In this document: one piece after another, positions 46,014 to 54,001 of the stretch | Layout: every line of letters begins with the position of its first letter | How positions within the stretch are numbered: the stretch's first letter is position 1 | Source of the DNA: a virus | IMG/VR virus record: IMGVR_UViG_3300045282_000084 | Location: 1 to 64,000 of that record | Strand: one strand, 5' to 3' | DNA length: 64,000 nt | Program-made: the position numbers and the translations under genes | Notes under the pieces: model-generated | The model's input: only the letters and a program-made list of their open reading frames with translations | What the model was told of the DNA's origin: nothing | The model's database searches: none

Positions 46014-47549
46014 TTACTCCTCGCCATCCTCCTCGGGATGGTTGAGGAGATCCTCGCGGATGTTCCCGCGCACGGCCTCGACCACATGCCGGTCGATGAC
46101 CATCCCGAGCGTGTCGGGCTGTCGGGTCTCCAGAGCGTCGTTCATCAGCTTGAGCTGGTAGTCCAAGCCGTGGGCGGCGCTTACGAAGTCGTCCGTCGTC
46201 AGGGTGATGGCGTCGGCGTCGCCGTCAACGCGCGGCAGGGCGTACCTGACCGTGCGGTCGATGGCCTCCTTGGCGAAGGCCGGGTGGAAGTCCTTCATCG
46301 CCTCAAACACGACAGCGTAGTCGATGTCCTCGTCCAACATCTCGGCCTGGATCAAGGACTTGACGAGGTCCTCGATGCCGGTTGCGTCGAGCTTGCCGAA
46401 GGGGATGACGGAATCCAGACGACCTGCACGCAGCATCCCCTTGTGGATGCGATCCACGTGGTTGGTCGTCAGCACCACCATGATCTCGGTGCCCTTCGAC
46501 GGAATCCCGTCGAAGATTTCGAGCATCCGGGTGGTTGCGTCAGCCGTCTGGTCTGCCGAGGCCACGGTGTCCATGTCCTCGTAAAAGACCACGCACGGCT
46601 GGTACAGGCGGGCGGTCTGCATGACCTGAACGAGATCGTCCTCGCCGGGCCGTGCCATGATGAACGTCCACCCGTGATTCGTCGCGACCTGGCCGGTGAG
46701 GTAGGCCGCGAGCGTCTTGCCCGTGCCGTAGTCACCTGCGAGCAGCGTTGCCCGCTTGAGCGGCAACCGCAGATCACGATGTTCCTCCGCGAACCGCAGC
46801 GGAGAGAACAGGTTCGCGTCGAGCTGCCGCCAGATGTCCTGGTGGTAGATGACGCGAGCCGGGTCAACTCCCGACAGGTCGATGTAGCCGGGGGTTGCGC
46901 CACCGTCGATGGCCTTGCCCCGGTAGATCGATTCCGTCGCGAGCTTCTCGGCGATCATCTTGAAGATCCCCTGCATCTGGTGCTGGTACTTGCGGGGGCC
47001 ACTAGCTGTCACCGCGAACACGATGCCGTACTTGGGGTCGCGAGCCTCACCGAGACTCAACTCGACACCCGGCAGGAACGGCACCGTGAAGTTCCCCCAC
47101 GGAACCTGTTCCTCCTTTTTCGGGCCAACCGCGATGGTGCGAACCTCGGGCTTGACTTTCATCGGCCCGAAGAACGTCTGCACCGTGCGGCTGTCGTGGC
47201 CGACCGCGCCGAACGCCTCCTTGAGCGCCCGCCACGTGCACCACGCACCGTCCATCGGTCGATAGGGGAACGTCTTGGAGAACTGTGTCTGCTCCTCCAT
47301 CCGCTCCACCGCATCGACAATCGCTCGCGCCGCCTGCATATAGGCCATGCCCTCGGGGATGATGAGCTGATCACCTTCGTGCTTGATCTGCTCATCCGCG
47401 AACGACGAGCCGCCCAACTCACCGAGGAGATCGAGGATGCGCTCCTCGTTCTCCAAGCGGGCGATCTCCGAGGGGTCAAGCTCTCCGCTTGCATCCCCCC
47501 GTGAAACACGGCGAGCCAGTTCGCCGCCTTTGGCCTTGGATGTGGCCAC
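46014..47549 (-). CDS. AAA+ ATPase (classical clade, with SRH)
   Basis: KRATLLAGDYGTGKT, VVFYEDMD, TTNH..RI..GMLRAGRLD; GTG start 7 nt after AGGAG. Confidence 0.88.
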   Translation of the reverse strand: MATSKAKGGELARRVSRGDASGELDPSEIARLENEERILDLLGELGGSSFADEQIKHEGDQLIIPEGMAYMQAARAIVDAVERMEEQTQFSKTFPYRPMDGAWCTWRALKEAFGAVGHDSRTVQTFFGPMKVKPEVRTIAVGPKKEEQVPWGNFTVPFLPGVELSLGEARDPKYGIVFAVTASGPRKYQHQMQGIFKMIAEKLATESIYRGKAIDGGATPGYIDLSGVDPARVIYHQDIWRQLDANLFSPLRFAEEHRDLRLPLKRATLLAGDYGTGKTLAAYLTGQVATNHGWTFIMARPGEDDLVQVMQTARLYQPCVVFYEDMDTVASADQTADATTRMLEIFDGIPSKGTEIMVVLTTNHVDRIHKGMLRAGRLDSVIPFGKLDATGIEDLVKSLIQAEMLDEDIDYAVVFEAMKDFHPAFAKEAIDRTVRYALPRVDGDADAITLTTDDFVSAAHGLDYQLKLMNDALETRQPDTLGMVIDRHVVEAVRGNIREDLLNHPEEDGEE

Positions 47550-47665
47550 TACCACGCTCCTCTCATTGCGCCGCACAACGCGGCATGGTCGAGCGACATG
47601 ACGCCGCTCGTTCGCCCATCGGGGGCGAACTTCGACGGGGTGCTACTGGCTTGCCACCCCTGCGA

Positions 47666-47712
47666 TTGACTACAGTTACTCACACGGGTACCCTAACACG
47701 ACCCATAGAGGG
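47666..47712. promoter_or_regulatory. overlapping divergent promoters
   Basis: + strand TTGACT-17-TACCCT (47666-47694); - strand CCCTCTA-10-TAGGGT (47712-47690). Confidence 0.5.
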
Positions 47713-47842
47713 CAACCGAAACTCCCCAGACTTACAAGAAATGGGGGAAAGTGACGCATCCCATCTCGGTGAACCTATAAACTGTCACGTGTGACCGGTA
47801 CCACAACCCCGACCCAGCGAGCACCATGCCAGGTATGTCGGA

Positions 47843-48328
47843 ATGAGTGATTCTGGGCACGCACAGTTGCATCGGGTACTTGTAACCGGTGACCGAGAGT
47901 GGAGTGACCCACACCCCATTTACGAGGCGCTCGATGAGCTGCGGCGCAAGTACGGGCCGCTGCTGATCATCCAGGGTGATGCCAGGGGAGTGGACACCCA
48001 CGCAAAGCATTGGGCGATCAGCCGACGCGAAGCGTATGCGTCGTTCCCCGCCCAGTGGGATCGGCTCCACAAGGCTGCTGGGCCGATCCGCAACTCGCAG
48101 ATGCTGACCGAGATGCGACCGTCGCTCTGTGTCGCGTTCCACCCGAATCTGGACGAATCGAGGGGAACGGCAGACATGGTAAAGAAGGCTCGGAAGGTGT
48201 GCGAGGTTCTTGTCAATCCACACGTCAGGGAGGACGATGGAGACAGAGCCCCAGGAACAGGGTTACTTCATGAACGAGGAAGACGGCGCGACGAAGTACG
48301 AACTTCCCCGTCTGAAACAGCAACTTGA
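47843..48328 (+). CDS. SLOG-superfamily protein (YspA/DUF2493-like)
   Basis: RVLVTGDREW, IIQGDARGVD..A..WA, PA.W....KAAGPIRN.QML, VAF......RGTADM. Confidence 0.85.
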   Translation: MSDSGHAQLHRVLVTGDREWSDPHPIYEALDELRRKYGPLLIIQGDARGVDTHAKHWAISRREAYASFPAQWDRLHKAAGPIRNSQMLTEMRPSLCVAFHPNLDESRGTADMVKKARKVCEVLVNPHVREDDGDRAPGTGLLHERGRRRDEVRTSPSETAT

Positions 48329-48491
48329 CCAAGTTCGCGGGACGGTCGCCGATCTTTGTCAAGAATGGGATGGAACGAAAATCGAACCAGAAGTATGGCC
48401 GGTTGTTCTAGCTCTATTCGATGCAGTCAAGAAGGTCGAAGATGAAATGACGCGGCTTGGAATCACGCTGCGCTCGGCAGGACTCGGCTGA
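48237..48491 (+). CDS. hypothetical protein
   Basis: GGAGG RBS before ATG 48237. Confidence 0.5.
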   Translation: METEPQEQGYFMNEEDGATKYELPRLKQQLDQVRGTVADLCQEWDGTKIEPEVWPVVLALFDAVKKVEDEMTRLGITLRSAGLG

Positions 48492-48537
48492 CAGTTGTCT
48501 GACACCGCTATCTAAGCGTTGTAGTAAACTGCATGAA

Positions 48538-48760
48538 TCGCACAGTCAACGTGCGAACAGGGGGACAGGGAATCGGTTGGACTGGGTGAAAGCCCCTTTC
48601 GGAGTTCGACCGATGGGGGGGCGAGGTGTTGGTTGACTGGCCAAGCGCGGTTCGACCGCGCAGCACCTCGTCCCCCACCTCCATCGGCTGGGGTCGCGAC
48701 GGGACCCTCCTCCTTCGAGTGGAGTAGCCCAACCCGTTGCGGCCCCGGCCGGTGACCCTG
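48538..48760 (+). ncRNA. candidate structured ncRNA/leader: multi-arm junction
   Basis: Helices 48572-83/48603-14 (12 bp), 48616-31/48661-76 (16 bp), 48682-703/48733-54 (22 bp), closed by 48566-70/48756-60; all non-Watson-Crick pairs are G-U on the + strand; upstream TAAACT -10. Confidence 0.7.
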
Positions 48761-48775
48761 GGATCTTCTAGATCA

Positions 48776-48843
48776 CATCTATGTGGTAAACCTGCTAAAT
48801 CCCATCTATGTGGTAAAATGGGGTCAACCATTTACCGCATGGA
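48776..48843. repeat. two direct and one inverted copy of CATCTATGTGGTAAA
   Basis: Exact copies at 48776-48790 and 48803-48817; inverted variant TTTACCGCATGGA at 48831-48843. Confidence 0.8.
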
Positions 48844-48854
48844 GGGGGTTCTGA

Positions 48855-49784
48855 ATGTCTACGTCCGTCGGGCCGGAGAGTGCGACCGAAAACGTCGGTA
48901 TGTCCCACTACAACTGGCTGTCTGAGGAGATCGAGCGCGAGTTTCGCCGCCCCTTCACGGTCGAAGCGGTGCGGTTCAAGCCGCAGTCGGTCAGCAAGGA
49001 CAAGACCCGAGCCCTAGCGACGTTCTACATCGACGCGCGCCTGGCTGCCGAACGCCTGAACGCCGCCGCTGGAGCCGCCAACTGGGCCGACGAGTATCGG
49101 GTGCTGTTCGAGTCATCACCCACCGCTCACTCCGACAACTTCTTCCCCGTCGAGTGCCGCTTGACCGTCTATCAGGTGACCAAGACCGACGTGGGTATCT
49201 ACCAGAAGGCGACCGCCGACGACAAGGCGGTCAAGTCTGCCTACTCTGACGCCTTCAAGCGGGCGGCGGTCAAGTTCGGCATCGGTGCCTACCTGTACGC
49301 GATCCCCGGCATCTGGGCTCCGGTTGAGGTGGGGGAGAACGGCAAGGTCAAGGGCTTCACCAAGGCGGGCATCGCCCAGCTCAAGCGCGATTACCTGACC
49401 AAGCTCAAGGCGATCGAGGGCCGGTTCGGTACCGCCCTTGACCACGGCGATGTGGGCGATGACCCCGAGGTAGGAGATCAGACCGAGTACGCGCCGCCAC
49501 GGGTGGCCACGATCCCCTACTCGCAGCAGAAGACCGTGTGGGCGAGAGCCAGAGACGTGGGCCTAGTCATGATCGACAAGCCGACCGACGTGGACAAGGA
49601 CAAGCTGGAGACGATCGTGGAGATGGTCACCGGCCACCGCAAGGTGTCTGAGATCGCGGTCACGGACTTCAACCACGTGCTCAAGGTGCTCGACGCCTAC
49701 AAGGAGCGGCCTGCTGACGCCGAGGCCAAGATCCTCGACTTCATCCGAACGAAAGAGAATACTGCGGCTGAAACCGCCTTGTAG
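48855..49784 (+). CDS. Rad52/Sak-family single-strand annealing recombinase
   Basis: YIDARL..ERLN...G..NW..EY, VECRLTV..VTK.DVG, KSAYSDAFKRAAVKFGIG.YLY. Confidence 0.9.
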   Translation: MSTSVGPESATENVGMSHYNWLSEEIEREFRRPFTVEAVRFKPQSVSKDKTRALATFYIDARLAAERLNAAAGAANWADEYRVLFESSPTAHSDNFFPVECRLTVYQVTKTDVGIYQKATADDKAVKSAYSDAFKRAAVKFGIGAYLYAIPGIWAPVEVGENGKVKGFTKAGIAQLKRDYLTKLKAIEGRFGTALDHGDVGDDPEVGDQTEYAPPRVATIPYSQQKTVWARARDVGLVMIDKPTDVDKDKLETIVEMVTGHRKVSEIAVTDFNHVLKVLDAYKERPADAEAKILDFIRTKENTAAETAL

Positions 49785-49793
49785 GAGGGCTGC

Positions 49794-50111
49794 ATGAATG
49801 AGATGAATCGCGGGGAAATGATCCGCCAGCTTGACGACGCATCGAAGGAGGTGCTGCACAGGCTGACCAACGGGCCGTTGGAGGACACAGAGCGTCACGC
49901 CTTGGCCCGGAGCCTGATCAGGCTTCTTCCTGTTGTGGCTGACAGCCTGCAAACTCAAGAGGATCGTCAGGCCGCAGAGAAGCTGATGGAGCACCTTGAG
50001 CGATGGGAGATCGAAGCCAGAGCATCCAAGCAGCTCGCCGAGTCAGAGCAAAGGGATGCCACCGATGCCACCCCGCACCACGTCCAGGTCGATGAGGAGA
50101 AGTGGTTCTGA
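49794..50111 (+). CDS. hypothetical helical protein
   Basis: AGGAGG RBS. Confidence 0.6.
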   Translation: MNEMNRGEMIRQLDDASKEVLHRLTNGPLEDTERHALARSLIRLLPVVADSLQTQEDRQAAEKLMEHLERWEIEARASKQLAESEQRDATDATPHHVQVDEEKWF

Positions 50112-50473
50112 GACGAGCTGACTTCCTCAAGCGCATCGCCGCTGGTGCGGCCATCATCCTCCTGCCGGTGCCGAAGTGGCTACCACGGCTGATCGAGGAG
50201 GAACCGTTCCTCCGGGTCACCTGCTTCGCCCGCATCACCTGCGCTGACGGTTCGGTGCTGGTGTGCCCAGTGGTCGAGCACATCGCTATGGAGCAGGGAG
50301 CCGAGCGCCACTTCGAGCTGGTAGCCACAGATGCGATCAACCCGGTCAAGACCGAGTTCTTCCTCGATGACCGCCAGGTAGGTAGGACCCACGACATTGG
50401 CTTGTCCCCTGGTGGGATCATCCTCGCACCGGGGGACACCCTAAGTCTGACCTGGGTGCTCCACGTCGAGTGA
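50102..50473 (+). CDS. hypothetical protein with a Tat-like N-terminus
   Basis: LRRADFLKRIAAGAAIILLP; AGGAG RBS. Confidence 0.55.
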   Translation: MVLRRADFLKRIAAGAAIILLPVPKWLPRLIEEEPFLRVTCFARITCADGSVLVCPVVEHIAMEQGAERHFELVATDAINPVKTEFFLDDRQVGRTHDIGLSPGGIILAPGDTLSLTWVLHVE

Positions 50474-50847
50474 ACCCCTCCCTTACCCAGCCGGGGTATG
50501 CGATCCGTACTACCAGTCACGCCGCTTCGCGGACTCCTTGAAGGCAAAGTTCGGCTTATGCGTGGGAGAGTCAACCATAGAGCTGAACATGTCCGAGCCT
50601 GCCGCTGACTTCTGCCTATCGCCGTGTTAGGGCGTCCGCCTGCCCGCACTCACATGCGGTGCTCGGCCCCGGTGCCACCGGGAGAGGACGACTCTGGATG
50701 CTGTCACAGGTGAACATGCTGCATTGTCGATGGTAGTCGCCGAACTGATAGAATGCAATCGGACGACTCTCCGGCCTCGCCAGTTGGAGAACATGCTGCG
50801 ATAGAGGCTCGGCCAGGCTGCACTTCCTGACCGGGCCTCTGTCTCTT
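50474..50847 (+). ncRNA. candidate structured non-coding RNA ending in a terminator-like hairpin
   Basis: No credible ORF; hairpins at 50549-50588, 50593-50666, 50668-50682, 50720-50757 and 50803-50840. Confidence 0.45.
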
Positions 50848-50859
50848 AGGTTGACCCGG

Positions 50860-50888
50860 TTGACCTTCTCGGTGTGAGCCTGTAGTAT
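50860..50888 (+). promoter_or_regulatory. sigma-A-like promoter of the replication operon
   Basis: TTGACC-17 nt-TAGTAT. Confidence 0.65.
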
Positions 50889-50903
50889 TGGGCGGTACAC
50901 CGT

Positions 50904-50951
50904 TTCGCGGCCCCCTGGCTCCTCAACCCCCTCCTGTCGGGGGGCCGCGAA
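50904..50951 (+). promoter_or_regulatory. 16-bp leader hairpin with C-rich anti-SD loop
   Basis: TTCGCGGCCCCCTGGC/GTCGGGGGGCCGCGAA; loop TCCTCAACCCCCTCCT. Confidence 0.7.
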
Positions 50952-50972
50952 CTTGATCCGAGGGGGGTCAGA

Positions 50973-51422
50973 GTGTCAGAGCAAGTCGTTCCCCAGGAGA
51001 CCATGCTGCAACGAGTGCCGTGGTCGGGGGAGATCATCGACGTGAGCGACCCTGCCGTCGTGGCCACCGCCCTGTACGAGTTGCGGGAGATGAGGCGGCG
51101 CATGGCTGAGTTTGAGGAAGCCGCGCAGCAGATGCTGCTCGACCAGATGGACACGCGCGGCCAGTGGACGATGCGGTTCGGGGACAGAGAGGTCGAGGGT
51201 TCGACTCCGGGCGACGACTACTACTACGACGTGGAGCAGTTCCGCAAGGTGTTGGAGGCGGGGCTGCCCGAGGACAGGTTCAACGAGATCGTGACCGTAA
51301 AAGTCACGGAGTCCGTGAATCGAACCAAGGCAAAGGCGCTCCTCAAGGTGCCTCAGTACGAGCAAATCGTCAAAGACGCTCGCGTCGATACCGCCAAGCG
51401 GCGACGGGTGATCGTCCGATGA
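50973..51422 (+). CDS. hypothetical protein (recombination/replication-module type)
   Basis: GAGGGG RBS; P.SGEIID N-terminus; coupled to the next gene. Confidence 0.65.
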   Translation: MSEQVVPQETMLQRVPWSGEIIDVSDPAVVATALYELREMRRRMAEFEEAAQQMLLDQMDTRGQWTMRFGDREVEGSTPGDDYYYDVEQFRKVLEAGLPEDRFNEIVTVKVTESVNRTKAKALLKVPQYEQIVKDARVDTAKRRRVIVR

Positions 51423-51751
51423 TCGCCCCCGAATCTGTCGCCGAGGTATGGGTGGCCTACTCGCGCCACCACCCACGATCGGTGCCCAGCGACGAACGCA
51501 TGGCGCTGATCGAGCGCAGGCTCAAAGACCACTCGGTCGAGGACTTGATCGATGCGATCGAGGGCAACCATCTGGACTCTCATTGCAACGGACAAAACGT
51601 GCGACACAGGGAGTACCACGACCTGGGACTGATCCTGCGCAACGCCGATCACATCGAACGGTACGGCGCGATAGCCCGCAACGGGGTGCCCCAGACCACC
51701 GCGCGCAAGGCGTGGGAGACGGCGCAGCAGTTGAGGGCGGTGGGCGAATGA
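51419..51751 (+). CDS. replication-initiator C-terminal-like protein
   Basis: VW..Y......R...I..RL...SVEDL..AI.G.......G.N....Y.DL.LILR...HIE.Y; directly upstream of the helicase-loader-like gene. Confidence 0.55.
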   Translation: MIAPESVAEVWVAYSRHHPRSVPSDERMALIERRLKDHSVEDLIDAIEGNHLDSHCNGQNVRHREYHDLGLILRNADHIERYGAIARNGVPQTTARKAWETAQQLRAVGE

Positions 51752-52500
51752 AGAAGTCAGACGCTTTCGAGTGCGTGACCGCCCTGGTCGCAGCCTGGCC
51801 GACCCCTGACTGGCCAGATGAGACGATCGAGTTGTACGCCAACCGGATTCAGCCCTTCGACCTGGACATAGGTTCGGCTGCGATCATGTCGCTGGTGGAC
51901 GATGGCGGGTCGTACCGCCCCAGCATCGGCCAGGTGCGCGACCGCTGCCTTGAACTCCAACTCGGAGACCTACCCAGCCCCAACATCGCGTGGGCTGAGG
52001 TGATGGAGCAGATGAAGGAGCCGTACCGCCCCGACGATGCGGGCGAGAAGCTCGACCCGCATCCGCCCCTGTTCTCACACGACCTGATCGCCTACGCGGT
52101 CGCCACCTACCCTGGCAGCGTGCAGTCCATCATCGCCGTGGCCGATGGCAAGTCCACCGACTGGTCGATCGGCACGACGTTCAAGGATCACTACGTCGAG
52201 GTCTGCAAGCGGGTCAAGCGCGACGGGTCGCTTCCGGGCGGCATCATGCCCCGTCGCAGGGACGTGAAGGCCGAGATCGCAGCGCACCAACGCACTCAGG
52301 TGGCACCTGCGCCGACGCCATCGATGGCCCTGACCGAAACCATCGGGCCACCTACGGACGCCCCTGACGATGGCGGTGAGTGGGAGTACGACCCGGACAT
52401 CGACCTGAACACCGGCCGTGTGGTGGGCTGGTACCGCAAGGTGCCACCGACACCAGCGTTTCTGGCGATGTGGGAGAAGCTGTCGGAGAAGACGGTGTGA
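51748..52500 (+). CDS. replicative helicase loader/inhibitor (G39P-like)
   Basis: M...A...V..L.AAWP......T...Y...........A...L......RPSIG.V....; P....AWAEV. Confidence 0.65.
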   Translation: MKKSDAFECVTALVAAWPTPDWPDETIELYANRIQPFDLDIGSAAIMSLVDDGGSYRPSIGQVRDRCLELQLGDLPSPNIAWAEVMEQMKEPYRPDDAGEKLDPHPPLFSHDLIAYAVATYPGSVQSIIAVADGKSTDWSIGTTFKDHYVEVCKRVKRDGSLPGGIMPRRRDVKAEIAAHQRTQVAPAPTPSMALTETIGPPTDAPDDGGEWEYDPDIDLNTGRVVGWYRKVPPTPAFLAMWEKLSEKTV

Positions 52501-52724
52501 AGACCTACGCCATGATCGTGGCGGGCACGCTCACGTTCGTCCCCGTCCACTCTCCTGAATATGGGGTGTGGGACTACCCGCTACCGATCAGCCTGGACGA
52601 CCCCTATGTGCTGACCGAGATCGCGGCGGCATGTGAAACCTTCGGAGTGTCAATCTCGCAGGTGAAGGCGGTGTTGGCTCAGGCCGACAAGGATATGGAA
52701 GCTGCTATGAGGAGGGAGGAATGA
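52497..52724 (+). CDS. hypothetical protein
   Basis: GTGA coupling within the operon. Confidence 0.5.
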   Translation: MKTYAMIVAGTLTFVPVHSPEYGVWDYPLPISLDDPYVLTEIAAACETFGVSISQVKAVLAQADKDMEAAMRREE

Positions 52725-52915
52725 TGTTGTGCACCTGCATGAGCGGTAGGAAGCCCTGCGGCGTCAAAGGCACACAGTTGATCAGGATCGAGACTCAGAT
52801 TCGTGAGGGCTACGCGGTGCACTCGGAGCGAGTGATGTGCGATGAGCACGCAGAACAGACTCTAGAAGGAAGCCGCCGATCGGGCAGCAAAATCTCTGCG
52901 CAGGCAATCGTATGA
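52721..52915 (+). CDS. small Cys/His protein
   Basis: C.C......C...MCDEHA; strong RBS; ATGA coupling. Confidence 0.55.
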   Translation: MMLCTCMSGRKPCGVKGTQLIRIETQIREGYAVHSERVMCDEHAEQTLEGSRRSGSKISAQAIV

Positions 52916-53145
52916 AGGGCAAAGGTGAGAACGAACTGCATGACGGCGAGCCGTATTTCAGGATCAGAGCGCAAGATGCACTCGCTCCACTTGCGGTCGA
53001 AGCATGGGCAAGTTTCTGCGAACTAGCAGCCACAGCGACCGGGGTTGACAATCTCTATAGACAAGCGCGCGAAGCTCGGGAGATCGCAGAGGATATGAGA
53101 AAGTGGCAGACCAACAACCCTGAGAAGACAAAATGGCCTGACTGA
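52912..53145 (+). CDS. conserved phage hypothetical protein
   Basis: EPYFRIRAQDALAP..V..WA...K.PD pattern. Confidence 0.65.
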   Translation: MKGKGENELHDGEPYFRIRAQDALAPLAVEAWASFCELAATATGVDNLYRQAREAREIAEDMRKWQTNNPEKTKWPD

Positions 53146-53774
53146 TGGCCTTCATCGATCTTGACATGACATTCCGGCCGATCGACAAGTGGCCGAGCAA
53201 GTTGACCCCCGATTGGGAGCGTCGTCGTGCGCCCTTCAAGGCCAAATGGATGGACACCGTGGGTCTGTTGGAGCGTGAGCTACGCATGCTCGACGCCGAG
53301 CACACTGTCGTGCAGGTGGCCCTGGATGAGTCACAGATAAGACTCGATGGACGGCCGCGTGCTGCCGCAGTAGCCTCCCATCCGGGGGTCATCATCGCTT
53401 TCGATTCCAAGCACGGTCCCTTGCAGTACAGCACCGACAAGTACGAGAGCTGGCAAGAGAACATCAGGGCTATCGCCCTGGCGCTTGAGTCGCTGCGTCG
53501 AGTCGATCGCTACGGCGTCTCGAAGCAAGGTGAGCAGTACAAGGGCTGGCGTCAGTTGACACAGACCACCGGCCCCCACTTTGCGGGCAAGGGTGAGGCG
53601 GCTGAGTGGCTGGCGGACATCATCGGCTACTACGACGCAAGCGACATCCTCGACTTCGATGATCGGGCGCGTGACGCATATATCTCTGCGGCCAAGAAGC
53701 TGCACCCTGATGCTGGTGGATCTGAGGGTGAGTTTCGCAAGCTGGTGTTGGCGAAGGAGGTGCTCGGCGTATGA
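53145..53774 (+). CDS. phage protein with C-terminal J-domain (HPD)
   Basis: HPGV...F......D.Y..WQ.N.RAIAL.LE.LR.VDRYGV...EQY.GW; AY..AAKKLHPDAGGS...F. Confidence 0.75.
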   Translation: MAFIDLDMTFRPIDKWPSKLTPDWERRRAPFKAKWMDTVGLLERELRMLDAEHTVVQVALDESQIRLDGRPRAAAVASHPGVIIAFDSKHGPLQYSTDKYESWQENIRAIALALESLRRVDRYGVSKQGEQYKGWRQLTQTTGPHFAGKGEAAEWLADIIGYYDASDILDFDDRARDAYISAAKKLHPDAGGSEGEFRKLVLAKEVLGV

Positions 53775-54001
53775 CCAAGCTGGAGGCGTTCTGCCTCGCT
53801 CAGTTGGAGAAGAAGGTGATGAGTACGCGGGCGCTGACTGTGGCTGCTCGCCGTACACTCGGGGCCAAAGTCTCAAACACGATGCACGCGATGCCCACGC
53901 CCGTCAACTACGCCGCCATCGAGGTTGCCCTGCGCTCCCTCGAACGCGATGGGCTTGTGCTGCGCCGTGGGCACCCACCCGAATGGAAGGCCCGTGGGTA
54001 A
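53771..54001 (+). CDS. winged-helix-like small protein
   Basis: ALRSLERDGLV; ATGA coupling. Confidence 0.5.
   Translation: MTKLEAFCLAQLEKKVMSTRALTVAARRTLGAKVSNTMHAMPTPVNYAAIEVALRSLERDGLVLRRGHPPEWKARG

Noticed and set aside
45828-47504. 558-aa + strand ORF
   Set aside because: Antisense shadow of the AAA ATPase; no motifs
48600-48660. GTTCGA motifs suggesting tRNA T-loops
   Set aside because: No cloverleaf spacing, anticodon arm or CCA; the bases are part of longer helices
50616-50900. 94-aa minus-strand ORF in the second non-coding region
   Set aside because: No RBS, no recognisable motif, atypical codon usage, and it overlaps a + strand promoter
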